A stretch of DNA of 64,000 bases. It comes from the human T2T-CHM13v2.0 reference genome, Homo sapiens. A program made the translations under genes and the position numbers. The stretch is from assembly GCF_009914755.1 (NCBI RefSeq), contig NC_060927.1. One strand, given 5' to 3'. Positions 16,601-30,232 of this stretch are shown here, piece after piece. How positions within the stretch are numbered: position 1 is the stretch's first letter; each line of letters starts with the position of its first letter. The notes under the pieces were generated by a model. The model saw only the letters and a list, made by a program, of their open reading frames with translations, was not told where the DNA came from and ran no database searches.

Positions 16601-19600
16601 ATTGTAGCCTAAAAATGGCATCCCATGGCCTTTCCAGGTATAGAAATGTCATTTCTAGTTATAATATATCTCAAAAAGTTTAATTTTTTAAATTATGAAA
16701 TTAATATTTTTCTTATAAATTCAAGCAATGTGGAAAAATCTAAAATAAATATGAACTCCCAAAATCTACTTTCTAGAGGTATCTGCTATTAAAACCTTGA
16801 TCTATTTTTAACTTTTTAATTATTTTTAATCATTTACCAAAATTTTTAATCATTTACCAAAATATGGAGAATTATATGCTTATACTCTGAAAAGAATGTG
16901 TCATAGATAGAAAAATTGTAACAATCAATTAGGTTAAATTTATCAACCCTTAGATACATTTTTTAAAATGAACATCTGACTTAGGGCTTACATATTTTAA
17001 AAGCTTGTATGTTGGGAGATAAGTATTTTATTATTGGGTTTAGATGCAGATAAGAGAGGCCCCTCCAAAAAATTTTATTTAAACATTTTATTCCTTAAGT
17101 GAAAACAGTCTAGGAATCATATGGCAGCTCTGTGGTAACATTACTTTATCTGAGAAATCCTCAGCAACCCAAGTTTCTTCTATCGTGTTGTTCTACTATT
17201 CATGGTTCACATTCCCAAGATCAGCTCATGGTCCAAGAAAGGTGTTTTGCTGCCAGCCTTCACATTGACACTGGAGTCCACAAGAAGCAGGAAAGAATAA
17301 ATAGCAGCAAAAGATACACACCACTTATCTTTTAAAGAAGTTGCCACACTTCACTTTTAATGGGCCAGAACTTTGCCATGTTTCTACACCTAGCTGAAAG
17401 GAAATACTGTGTTTATTCCAGGCTTCAATGTGAATCAATGAAATCAGAAGCTATAACATTAGGGAAGACTTCAACAGACAAGCACACCTCTCCCACAATC
17501 ATTCCCCACTCCTGACATTCCCATGTGAGATAGTGACATTACAGAACACTCCTGGCCATTCTCTGCCCTCTGAAAGAAAAAACTGAGCATGAGTAGTTCA
17601 ATTCCTTCTTTTTGCCTCTCTTTGGGGAGGCAGCCTGTCTGAAGGGCACACATAGTCCTACCTACTCCATGGGGTAGTATTAGAGAGACAAGCCTCTACC
17701 AGGAACCCCTCTGTTTTTCCACCTCTGCCTGAGACAGGGAGGGTAACTGATTCTATATCATTCTGCAAACCTATTGTTGCCAGAATATATGGCATATCCT
17801 TATAACAGCCTTATCAGGATAAAAATGATTTCTGTTTTCCTCCGATACCTATTTCTCAATGGATTTCACTGACAAAGTAATCTCTCAAAATACCAGCAAT
17901 ATAAACATAGTTTCCTTTTGAAAGTTACAGAGCTATCATTGAAGTAAACGATATAATCTCTCCCTGATTTCTATGTCCAGGCAGGCCCTCTGATTGTAAC
18001 TCAAACAGGTAGCATGACTACTCTGTAAACAGAAATGCATAAAGCCATATAGAATTAAGAGAGATACACAAACACAACAAACAGAAAAAAAAATAGAAAT
18101 GTTATAAATATTAGAAAAAAACAGTAATATCTAAGTAATTCAAAGGAATAAAATGAACCCTGAACATGGCCAGGAAAAATCTTCATGGCTGTCATCTGAT
18201 TTGCCAGACTTTTGAAAAAATATCCCCACATCCCCAGCCATATTGTCCATTCGATGTCATCTATCAGGCCAGTAGGCAGCCTGGGTCATATGTGGGCAGA
18301 TTGTATTCCATGCCCATTAGCCATATTTTCCTTTTCCTATTCAAATAATGGCTTGATTCTGTCTGTGCCCATCTGACATTCTCATTTTAACTATCAATTA
18401 CATCCCTTCAAAGCAGGAAAATCTATCAATTAATAGTTTTTAACAAAAAATGTAAAAATACATATTTTAATAAAGAAATTGAACTCAGATGTGCATGGTG
18501 ACTACGGAAGAAGATAAAGGTATATCAGTGTGTGAGTGGAGGAATAAATAAAAAATACTCTATGTTACCTAGGACATACACATTTTAAATGTTTTGTTGT
18601 TGTTTTTATAACATAGTAATTTCATTTCTCCTTTATAGTTAGAAAACCTCTGAAATTAATCTGATTTATTGAGGTAGACACCATGAGTATGTGCTTAAAA
18701 AAGATTTTGAACATTAGAATAATTTGAAACTGGGTTTTATTTTTTTCATGCTTAAAATCTCAATGTTATGAAAGATGTTGCTTTAAAATGTTTTAAATCT
18801 CTGCTAAATTTTTGCTGTGGCGGCACGGAAACTGGAATAAAAATGGCGATCTGTGTTTTTAGTTCTGGTTTGATTACTAGTTAATTCTCAATGTAATTTT
18901 AGACACATAATCTGGGCCTCTCCCACTTCCTTCATTTGTATATTAGAATGTAGAGCAGATGGTCCTTAACACTTCTTCTGATTTTAAAATCCACTGATAC
19001 TATTCATTAAAATTTATAGATTGGTACTGATAAATTCTTGGATTAAAAAATGAGCATAGTTTAACAAAAAAATCCATGAGCTGGTGCTGCCCCCTATTGT
19101 AGCTTGTTTTATTCAGCTTTCTGACATGGAGCGGGGAAAGGCAGCAAAGAGAGATAAATATTTTGTCACTCTACTTGCTTCTCCCTGGCACTCTCTACTT
19201 GTTTATTTCTGTAAAATCAAGAGGTTTTAAAATGGTTTGATTTCTAACTATGTTATCTTTTATCTGTTATAATGAAAAAAGTTAAAACTCATGTAAACTA
19301 TGTTTAGTGATTGTTAACTAAGACAATTTGAGCAACATGTTTTCAAAACTGTTTAAGGAAAAGATTGCTCCTATAATTTCCTAAAATAAATTTGCCTAAG
19401 CCTGGGTCATAGAAGAGCTGACACAATTTTAAATAAATGTCTTTTACTTAACAGTAGTACTAGAAATATTAAACATTTTAAGAGAATCTGGAACTCAATA
19501 ATATGATGATAGATAACTCATCTCAAAGAGAAAATATTTAGTTGTAAGTTAGGTATAACAAATAGTAATAAGTTGCAAGTTTCAATATTATATGATTATA

Positions 19601-22048
19601 TTTATGTTAAAGAATTTTCCTCTGAATATTTCACATAAAAATCATGTGCAGTTTAAAAAAATAGGTCACTCACATTGCTAGCAATGTTGCAAATTAGATA
19701 ATCTTAAAACCCCTCTTTCCATAGAATATATAAAGTGTGGCTGAAATATAACCAAAGGGCTTTTAGATGCAAAGTGTAGATTTTGGGAGAGTACAAGATT
19801 TTAGCAGAAGTTAAAAATAAAGAAAAATTGGAAACGTCTGACTATTAAGCTTAGTCTGGCATTTTCTTTGGCTTCTCAAATGGAAGGAGTCACCAACGTT
19901 TATTAGGAAGGGGCTTTGATTTTACCCACCACCATGAGGCTGGAAGTGAGGTCTTGGGCTTAGGCAAGGGTTGATATTAGAAGAGAGACCCCCAGTAAAG
20001 TGGAAAGTCTCAAAGGGACACACTCCAGTGTAAAAAGTGAGATAGAAAAATTGGCAAATAGAAATTAAGAGAAAGCTTGATTGTTTTGACCTCTGCTACA
20101 GGTAGGGAAAATTTGTTCCCTGAGAATTCATAAACCAGGATATGTCCACATCATTTAGGGGTTCATATTTGAAATACATACATGACTTGGGAAACACCAA
20201 ACTGAAGAAATAATATAAAAAAATGGTCATCAGCTGGCAACACCACTGAGGCACCAATAGGAGCAAAGGTAAGCCTCTCTGGAGACAGCTACCCTCAGAC
20301 AAGACTTCTGAGTCTCTTGCGTTTCCCGGTCATAGTCCTAAATTTTAAAACACATGAAGTAGCATGCCACCTTTCTCCTCTATTTCTGTTTCCCTGTATT
20401 TCTGGGTTAACAGACAAAGAAACCAAATATTACACAGAGATGAAAGAAAAACAGGGCATAAAAATTTGGAGTGTAGCCTCTGGATGTTTATACCGGTACT
20501 ATGATGTTTTGGTTACTACAGCTTTGTAATATAATTTGAAGTCAGGTTATGTAATGCCTCCAGCTTTATTCTTTTTGCTTCTCAGTGCTTTGGGCAGTCA
20601 CATAACGGCTTTGTGGATATACAGCTAGCTGAGTGGCCTTGTGCAAGATACCTAAATCTTCATTTTCTATTTTGTAAAATGGGAATCATTATAGTAATCT
20701 AACTCATAGGGTTATGAGAATTAAATGGGTTAATATATGGAAAGTCTTTAGAACTAGAACAGCGTCTGGTTTGTAGGAAGCATTAAATAGAGCTGGCTGG
20801 TTTTATAGTCTTCATCATTTTCACTATTGTTATTATAGGTAGTTGCATCATCCCACCTATCTCATGATTAGGTTGCTTTTTCTCCATGTGCCCCAGATGA
20901 ATGTCCAACATCTGGCCTAGAATTAAATCTTTGGGTAAAGATAGCAATTATATATCCCCAAATTACATGATTTCACAACTGGCTTCTTTGCTGAGGAGCA
21001 GTACAAGTAAGAACGGCAAGAAATGTAATAGGCAACTATTAAGCTAGCTAATGGCAGTACATGTTTTCAGAATTTGCAATTTAAGTTTTTTGTTTAGATA
21101 CTATGTGCAAAGGCATTACCATCTCCCCAGCTCTAGCACCTTCCCCACCCTCATTACACACACTAGTGAACACTCACCACGAACCTGCTCTGGGCAGCTG
21201 GGACACAGGATTACAACGATTGGCCTCATCAGATTTCTGGTTGGAACCTTGAGACTGCGCAGCTCTAGAAATTCTTGCATTAACTAAGTTCCACCGCTAG
21301 GTGGAAGTAGCTCCTCTAGCTCTAGGAGATTTCGTGTATCTCACCTTTTATCCAACCCTTTGGTTTTCTTTCATTACAATTATAGCAGGGACTCCTTATA
21401 GCATTTCATCTTCTTGGTACTATCACCTCTTGATGAGGTTTACTCTTCCTCTGAAAAATGAGATTGATGTTTACCTCATGATACAGTTGTGAGAATCCAG
21501 TAATACACATTTAAAAAAAAAAACACTATTTTATGTAATAATTACTTAGCTTTGTGCTACAATTATTTATCTACTTGCTTTATCCTTGCTGAGGGATAGA
21601 CTGCATGTTCCTTTCTATCTTCTTGAACACCTAGCACCGTGTCATACACATATTTGAATTTTTTTCATTCATTCACCAATATTTATTGAGCATCTTAGAT
21701 ATACCAGACACTGCCCTGTACTCATGGTTTACCATAATAAGCAATCGATCCCTGCTTTGCTTGATGAAATTAGAAAGACTGACATTTTCAGTTACACCCA
21801 CCATGCATTCAGCTTGCAGACATAGCTATAAAGTGCATCTTACTTACCTCCAGCAGGAACAGGAAGTTCCGCTGGACATATGGCACAGCCTGCCTTAACT
21901 GTCTCATTAAATGGGACAAAAATATATTATGCAGCACTTGAGATGGTGCTAATGACATGGCCTTTATTGAGTGTGCCAACATTCCACTGAGTATGTGTTC
22001 ATTGTTGTCCTAAAAAATGTGTGTTTTGTTTGTTTTAAAGTCTATCCT

Positions 22049-22348
<300 letters not shown>

Positions 22349-23195
22349 AAAGTCTATCTTGCCCACTAGCCTGTGAGCCCCTGAGAGTATTAATTATATA
22401 TTTTAACCTTTGTATTTCTCTCTGCCTTAAGAAATAGCTCAGTGTCTGAATTTAGTAAATGTTCAGTAAAGTATTGATGGAATGAAATAGTGGTAAGGAT
22501 GACAAGAAGTTTTACTGACAACTATAGCAAATATTTCAAATATATATCTACTTACTATATTTTAATTCATTTAGCAGACACTGAGTAAATACCTACCATG
22601 TGCTATTATTAACCATGCCAAGTATTATCACATAGTATATTATTCTGCCTCACTTGGACTGATTTGGAGTGTATCACTCTGCTTTTCTCTTTTTTGAGAT
22701 TTACAATTTAAGAGGCCTAGAGGAAAATGGGAAATGCATTCTGTGAAGTTATGGAAAAAGATCCATTTTTAACATTAGCTATCACTAGCCAAACAGATGA
22801 GTTTGATATTAGTTTATTAAATCCAGACTTCTTATGGGTTTTCCAAGCTTGCTTCTTTCAATATAAATTAAATCCGACCTTGAACACTGGGGGAAAAAAA
22901 GACTGAAAAGCAGCCAGCTGCTCCAACAGGATCAATATACCATACTCTAGAATCACTCTGATTATTCTATACCTGAATTTGATTTAATATCTAGTTGGTC
23001 AGAAAAAATAAGTCTTGTAACCTGATTTTTGTATAATTTCTGGAAAAAATGGTCATTTAGAAAAAATGTTTAAAATGCATTCTTCACTGATGGTTACAAA
23101 TTCTAGCAATTTTCCTTCATGATATACTGACATTGAAATTATACTTGAAATTTAAATGTATCTTAGGAGGATTAGAAATAAGCATTTACAAATAA

Positions 23196-23573
<378 letters not shown>

Positions 23574-23579
23574 TGACTT

Positions 23580-23760
23580 TAATAATTTAAAATTTATTAA
23601 ATTAAAAATATATAAATTATATTTTTATATATTATAAAAATATATATAATATATATTATATATAAATTATATATATTATATATAAATATATATAATTAAA
23701 AATATATAAATTAAATATATATTAAATATATAAATTAAAAATAATTTAAAATTTATATTA
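23580..23760. repeat. Pure AT low-complexity tract
   Basis: ~180 bp essentially lacking G and C. Confidence 0.9.
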
Positions 23761-23861
23761 GAAAGCAAGGGCCTTGAATAAACCTAATAATCAATAAAAA
23801 TTACTTCAAAATCCCTGTGAAAAAAGTATTTGAAGATTCAAAGTCAAAAAATAAAACAGTG

Positions 23862-25937
23862 TTTTACTATTAACCATTGTATATTTATTTAAAAGCCATA
23901 AAGAATACGAAAAAGCATGAACGCACAAATTCCAGAGAATTTGTTTTTTAATCAATCCGATCAATTTTACACAACAAAATATCATTAAGAAACATAGAAA
24001 TCATGTGAATTGTATTAAAACTATGACATATGACAATATTATATAAAGAAAATTTTAACTCTAAGAGACAAATATAATTTTTTAAAAAAGAAATTAAAAA
24101 TATCACGTCTTATGCTAAATATATATAGATATATTTATTATGATGCAGCAGGTTTTGGAATACAGGGATTTAGGCAAGTTAAAAATAAAAAGTTTATATG
24201 CTTAAACTTTCTGAATATTGTTTGTCTGATTTCCTATTTAAATATCAGACATCATTATAGGAAATACATAGTCTACTTACGATTGCAATGGCACTTTCAA
24301 ATATAAGGCAATTAATATTTTAGAAAGCAGCAACTTTTACTTTTTTTAAAAAAAAAAGCTAGTAGCAGCATGTAAAAATGAGCATTACGAGAAACTCAGA
24401 AAAACAAATTTACCCTGAAAAGATGAATATAATTAAAAAACAAAGCACCTTTCATTTCAAAAAGAACTGTAGGCTAAGACCCTCATCTCAGAATAACCCC
24501 ATCTAAGAACACTCAGGCTTTCTTTATTTAATAAGCAGCAGCAGAAGAATACATCCCATTCTACATACTGACTGTGTTAAAAAAAAAAAATGCAGTCCAT
24601 ATGCAGGTAGAAAACTAAAGTGCAACAGAAGCAAGTTAATTAGAGTGTACTCACTTATACACTATGCTTTTAATTAGTTAACACAAAAATGTGTAATTGA
24701 TAATTTATTATTGGTCCTACATATTATTTACTGGCATGCTGTAGACCATAGAGAAATAGAATGTTTACTGTGTTTTATTATTATTACTCTGTGTAGATAC
24801 ATATTTATCTATCATGTCAATAAAAAGAAGCAAAGCAGTATTAAGCAGCGGTGGAATTTGTCGCTTTCACTTTTTATAAAGTGCTACATAAAATGTCATA
24901 TTTCCAAATTTAAAAACATAACTCCAGTTCTTACCATGAGAACAGCATGGTGATCACGAAGGATCTTCTTGAAAAAAACAAAAACAAAAACAAAAAACAA
25001 TGATCTCTTCTGGGTATCACATCAAATGAGATACAAAGGTGTACTAGGCAATCTTAGAGATCTGGCAACTTATTTTATATATAAGGCATCTGTGACCAAG
25101 AGACGTTATGAATTAAATGTACAAATGTATTATGTATAAATGTATTAAATGCAAGCTTCATATAATGACACCAATGTCTCTAAGTTGCTCAGAGATCTTG
25201 ACTGGCTGTGGCCCTGGCCAGCTCCTTTCCTGATAGTCTGATTCTGCCTTCATATATAGGCAGCTCCTGATCATCCATGCCAGTGAATGAGAAAACAAGC
25301 ATGGAATATATAAACTTTAACATTAAAAAATGTTTTATTTTGTAATAAAATCAAATTTCCCATTGAAACCTTCAAAAACTTTGCAGAATGAGGTTTTGAT
25401 ATATGTGTACAAGTAGTACCTTCTTAGTGCAAGAAAACATCATTATTTCTGTCTGCCTGCCTTTTTGTTTTTAAAAATGAAGACTATCATTGAAACAAGT
25501 TTGTCTTCAGTATGAGGACATGTTGACGGAGAGGAAAGGTAGGAAAGGGTTAGGGATAGAAGCCAGGTTATTTTATGCCAACAAAGTCTGCTCTAAAAAG
25601 CCTTATTGTTTCACTACCTATTAATATGAGAACTCTGGATTCATTTTCCCTTATCTCATGTTTATAGTGTTTTAAGCTTACTTTGTATATGTTTACTGGG
25701 TTAATGAGTCACAGCTTTTCAGGATGAACTCCTATTCTACTAGAGAGATACTCAATTGAAACACACTTTTAGATTGTGTTCTTGCAAGCCCACTCTCAGC
25801 TGTCAAAGTTAACACCCAATAAAAATACTCTACAAAGCAAAGAAATACACTTGCAAATAACTGAGTGCTGACTGTAAGCCCAATCCAACTTTTCCATTTT
25901 TCAAAATTAACCATAGTTGATGGCTTGCTGTGTCTCT
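23862..25937 (-). other. PLSCR4: PLSCR4 3'UTR (~2.1 kb; distal end approximate)
   Basis: Repeat-free AU-rich stretch from the stop codon to an AATAAA at 23884-23889 (minus), followed by a U/GU-rich tract. Confidence 0.75.
23884..23889 (-). terminator. Distal polyadenylation signal AATAAA
   Basis: tttatt on the plus strand, followed on the minus strand by a T-rich downstream element (ctgttttatttttt). Confidence 0.65.
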
Positions 25938-25982
25938 CTATCTTGAACGTTGTGGTGGAGATCTTTCAAAATACATGAAGTC
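25938..25982 (-). CDS. PLSCR4: PLSCR4 last coding exon (DFMYFERSPPQRSR-stop)
   Basis: ttcag|GAC TTC ATG TAT TTT GAA ... AGA TAG. Exon lengths 7+111+236+43+227+162+159+45 = 990 nt = 329 aa + stop. Confidence 0.95.
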   Translation of the reverse strand, partial: DFMYFERSPPQRSR

Positions 25983-26650
25983 CTGAAATTGGAAAAAGAA
26001 TTATATGTAGATATATAGATAATTAGGTATAATGCATGCGGTATTATCCTTTGTAATTTATTAGGGGATTCCCCCATTCCAGTTAAAATACATAAATTTA
26101 GGGAAATATTTATGAAGAGCACCTACTGTGAAGAGCAGCAGTTACAAATTTGGAACTGTTAGTTTTCCATTTGAAGTGCCAATTAACTGAATCTCATCAT
26201 TAAAAAGAGGAAAAACTTCATAATCTCAGGATTGGACAACCCCAAAGAGTACAGTGACAGGCAGAAAGGAAGGAGGAATGGGACATCCACTTTAGAGTTA
26301 TTTCACTAAGAAATCATAGGCTAGGCATTTTTAAGTAGTGACAATGACAAATAACATGCAATGATGATAATTATACCCAATGGATACCTAATGTTATCTA
26401 AGTACTCCCCTGGTCATTTTACCATGATAGCTAACATTCATAACCCTGAAAATTATAAGTATTTTAATCTCCATTTTACAGATGAGGAAACTGAGGCTTT
26501 CAAGTGTAAACACTTTCTAAACCATGTAACTAGTAAGTGGCACAGAGATAAGTTGGATTGGTTTCAAGGCTTATTCTTTATACTACACTATACTGCTTCT
26601 CCATCAGAAAGAACAACTCTCTCAGGATAACTCAAAAATAGAAGGCTTAC

Positions 26651-26809
26651 AATGAGGAAGCAAGCTCCAAAAATCATGGCTTTCATCTTCACATCCAGGT
26701 CTAGTGGGAAGTGAATGTCAAAATGGTCAGCATCTGCCATTGCTGATAACAAACCATTCCACTTCCGGATAATACTGCCGATGTTGGATATGCCATCAAG
26801 GGATTTGAC
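26651..26809 (-). CDS. PLSCR4: PLSCR4 coding exon, 159 nt (VKSLDGISNIGSIIRKWNG...DADHFDIHFPLD...GACFLI), with NLS-like and Ca2+-binding-like motifs
   Basis: ORF 26588..26899; ttccag|GTC acceptor, ATT|gtaagc donor; DADxFxIxFPLD scramblase motif. Confidence 0.97.
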
Positions 26810-28158
26810 CTGGAATGACAAGAATGTGCCTTTATGATGATTGAAACGCATTGAAGCATGTTTTAATGTTCTGCTTATGTTCAGATAACATAAATACAAT
26901 GCAGAAAAAGACTATGTAATTATATAATTTGAAATGAGAAAATAATGGCCAAAAAGGGTTAACTGCCTTGCAACTGGTTAATAACTGAGCTAGGGTATTC
27001 TTAAAAGTCTCAGACTGCTGCTCTTTCTTCATCTTCAAATGAGTTATTAAGGGACCTTTTAAGAAGAGGTATGATTTGAACTGATTATGAAATTCTTCTC
27101 AACATAGTAAAGGGTGGGAATTGGGAGAGAGTCACTTCCAAACTAGGGAAACCTATGAGCAAAAACCGGGAAACAAGTACTGTTCACTTCACATCACTTA
27201 AGTTTTTGTGAGTGAAATTCACCTTGTCTTCTTAATATACGGCCAGATACCAACGAGCTTCAGTTTCTAAAAGGGGAAACCTGGCACTTGTCACAGGGAA
27301 AATATCCAAATACTAACTTCTAATGTCACTTGGCAATGGGAATGATCACACACACCCTGCCCTAGCAATCTGGCTTATCTACATTGCTCTTTTAATAAAT
27401 AAGCAATGCTTAACGATACAGTAATAGAAAATAAGAACTAAGGAAAGTTTCTTGAGTATCATAGGAAACATATGAGCAAGCAGTTTTGAAGATGATGAAT
27501 CTTGCCTAATTGCAAGGCATTCAAAAAATATTCTTTAAGAAGCCTAGGAAATATTTCTAGGAATTTCCTGTGTCAGACTCGTAGGGTAATGAACCAGCAT
27601 TTTGTAGCCAGTGAGATAAAGGCAAAACAAAATAATTTTTCTTTTTATTGAAAAAAATGTTAAAACTATTATAAGTTTTATCCATATTGTTAGTGTTATC
27701 CGATTTCTTGAGGATGCTGACAGACTTGTATCCTGCAAATAAGTATTTCCACAGCCTAAGGAGTACTTGGTATGTTCTGTGACATGTTGGGCACTTGCAT
27801 TACTTAGAGCCTATATTCCCAGCCTAGAAATCTAGGGAAAAAAATGGTTAATTACATATAGCCAACAATAGAATAGATGAATTAGGTCAAGCTATTTACT
27901 CTCAGAATATTTAATGTATTAAATGATTTCTTTTTATTTTTATCAAGTACTGAAGTCATAAAAAAAGCTTTCATTTTGGAAAACCTCAATCTACTCACAA
28001 TAACTTTAAAATCTTTTGATGTCAACTGGTTAATTAACTCTTTCCTAACACTATGTTATTCATTCACATTAAAAAAAAATGTCTACAACCAGATCTTTCC
28101 ATGGTCTGTTAATATGAGTAGGAAAAATATCAGAAACACTATTTTTACATAGTTTCAC

Positions 28159-28320
28159 CTCAAAAACAGAATCTGAACCACAGCCATAGGTTGAGCATGG
28201 CCCACGAACTCTCATCACATTTTCTTTCTTCTCATTTTGGATGCTGTACACCGCCCTGCACAGGTTCCAATGTTCCGCAACAAAGCCAATGGTGACACCA
28301 GGAGGACACTGCACCTCCAG
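28159..28320 (-). CDS. PLSCR4: PLSCR4 coding exon, 162 nt (LEVQCPPGVTIGFV...GCGSDSVFE)
   Basis: ORF 28069..28326; ttgcag|CTG acceptor, GAG|gtgaaa donor. Confidence 0.97.
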
Positions 28321-28431
28321 CTGCAAACAAAACAGTGACAGAAGTTAGGATGCTACATGCATACACATACACTTACACATACGCACATACACAATCTAGA
28401 TGTGTCCTCACTCATTCAAAGACTAGGGAAA

Positions 28432-29025
28432 TTATTGTTGGGAGTGACAGCCTTCCATCTCACCCAGGCCATTCTTCAGGTTGGATTTCAGTGAAAAGCT
28501 TTAACGGATGAGGTCATGTTTGCCTCTGGGATAGACAGCAGGCTTAATTAGGGCTTGTTACATAATGGCCAGTTGTCCAAGTTCAGTGTTGGCAAGCTGC
28601 ATAAACAGCTGATATTTATAACTCTGAAAAATATAAGTATTTTAATCTCCATTTTACAGATGAGGAAACTGAGGCTTGCAAGTGTTAAACACTTTCTAAA
28701 ACATGGAACTAGGAAGTGGCACAGAGATAAGTTGGCTTGGTTTCAAGGCTTACTGTTGATACTACACTACACTGCTTCTCCATCAGAAAGAACAATTTTC
28801 TCAGGATAAGTAAAAAATAAAAGGCTTACAATGAGGAAGCAATGGGCTTCTCCAAGTCAACCTCAGAACTTGGAGATGAGGGGAACCTACACACTTATGC
28901 TGCTTGCTGTGCTGTAAAACGGTCCTCTGTCTCCTTCCTAGGAGTCTCATTTCTTCTGACTCAGTCTATTAAACAGTTAAGCTGACTTTTTAGATTTGAA
29001 ATTGGGTAAAATCAAATCTCAGACA
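28432..29025 (+). mobile_element. ERVL-type LTR remnant (MER73/74-like) split by a duplicated segment
   Basis: 3' end aggagtctcatttcttctgac...ttgggtaaaatcaaatctcagaca resembles ERVL LTR ends; subfamily uncertain. Confidence 0.4.
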
Positions 29026-29499
29026 TGAAAATTATAACAGAAAACAAAAAAGAGGCATTTTGAAAATTATATATTGTGAAAACAACAAAATGTGTACATG
29101 GGTTTATAAAGCCATTTTTTAAAAGTTTTAAAATATTGTCCACTACCCTGTTTTTAGCTATTTATCTTCAACAATATTATTTTGTGAATAATTAAGATCT
29201 TCCTGTTTAATAATAATGAGTCATAAAGATTAAATTATTTGGTAAAAGCCCAAAGTGAAAATTTTATTGACTATTTCTCTGGTGTTACATGTACTTTCAT
29301 AAGAATTTGGGGAAAGGATTACCCAGGACATGGAACAGGACTGCACAGCTTCATAAATTATTAAATTAAGGTATTATTGTTCATATGTATAAATTCACAC
29401 CTATATACAAATATATAAATTTGAGAGTATCATAGAGCTCTCATATAAGTTTAAACCTATGAGATAAAAATAAAAATGTACAAAAATAAATTCCTTAAA

Positions 29500-29885
29500 A
29501 ATTCATACCATGGTATACTACTCAGCCATAAAAGGGAATGAACTAGTGGTAACAGCTTGTACGAATCTCCAGTTAATTACTGTGGATGAAAAAGACCAAT
29601 CCTGAAAAGTTACATACTATATGATTCTGCTAAAATAACACTCTCGAAATGACAAGATTATAAACATAGAGAACAGATTAGTGGTTCTGAAGGGCTAGGG
29701 ACAAAGAGGAGGGAGGAATGTGGATATGGTAATAAAAGAGGACTTTGGTGATGATGGAACTGTTTGGGATTTGTATTGTGCTGATGGAAACAGGAATCTA
29801 CACAAATGATAAAACTGCACAAACTAAATGTATACACACACACACAAATTAATACAAGTAAAACTGGAGAAATCTGAAGAAAAAC
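29500..29885 (+). mobile_element. L1MC/MD 3'UTR fragment
   Basis: tactactcagccataaaagggaatgaacta...ggtgatgatggaactgtt motifs. Confidence 0.65.
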
Positions 29886-29935
29886 CTAGGTAAAGTTATG
29901 AGACAAAAGTGTCATAAATTGGACTAGGCTTGTAA

Positions 29936-30232
29936 TTTTTTTTAGGAGTAAGGGTCTTTCTCTGTCACCCAGGCTGGAGTGAAGTGGTGTAATCACAGGT
30001 CACTGCAGCCTCGATATCCTGGGCTCAAGTGATCCTCCTACCTTAGTCACCCAAGTAGCTGGGACCACAGACACACATCACCAGGCCTGGCTAATTTTTT
30101 TATTTTTTATTTTTGTAGAGATGGGGTTTTACCATGTTGCCCAGGCTGATCTCAAACTCCTGGCCTCAAGTGATCCTCCCACCTCAGCCTCTCAAAGTGT
30201 TGGAATTACAGGTGTAAACCATCCTGCCCAGC
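29936..30232 (-). repeat. AluJ
   Basis: gggctcaagtgatcctcc pattern in both arms; TSD tgtaatttt. Confidence 0.92.

Noticed and set aside
21288-21330. Small hairpin ttccacc-gcta-ggtggaa with CTCF-like CCGCTAGGTGG
   Set aside because: The 7-bp stem is expected by chance and the motif lacks the conserved C after GGTGG.
28555-28842. Possible duplicated or mutually exclusive coding exon 8
   Set aside because: Only the last 13 nt of the exon are copied, so no paralogous coding exon exists; kept only as a cryptic-donor finding.
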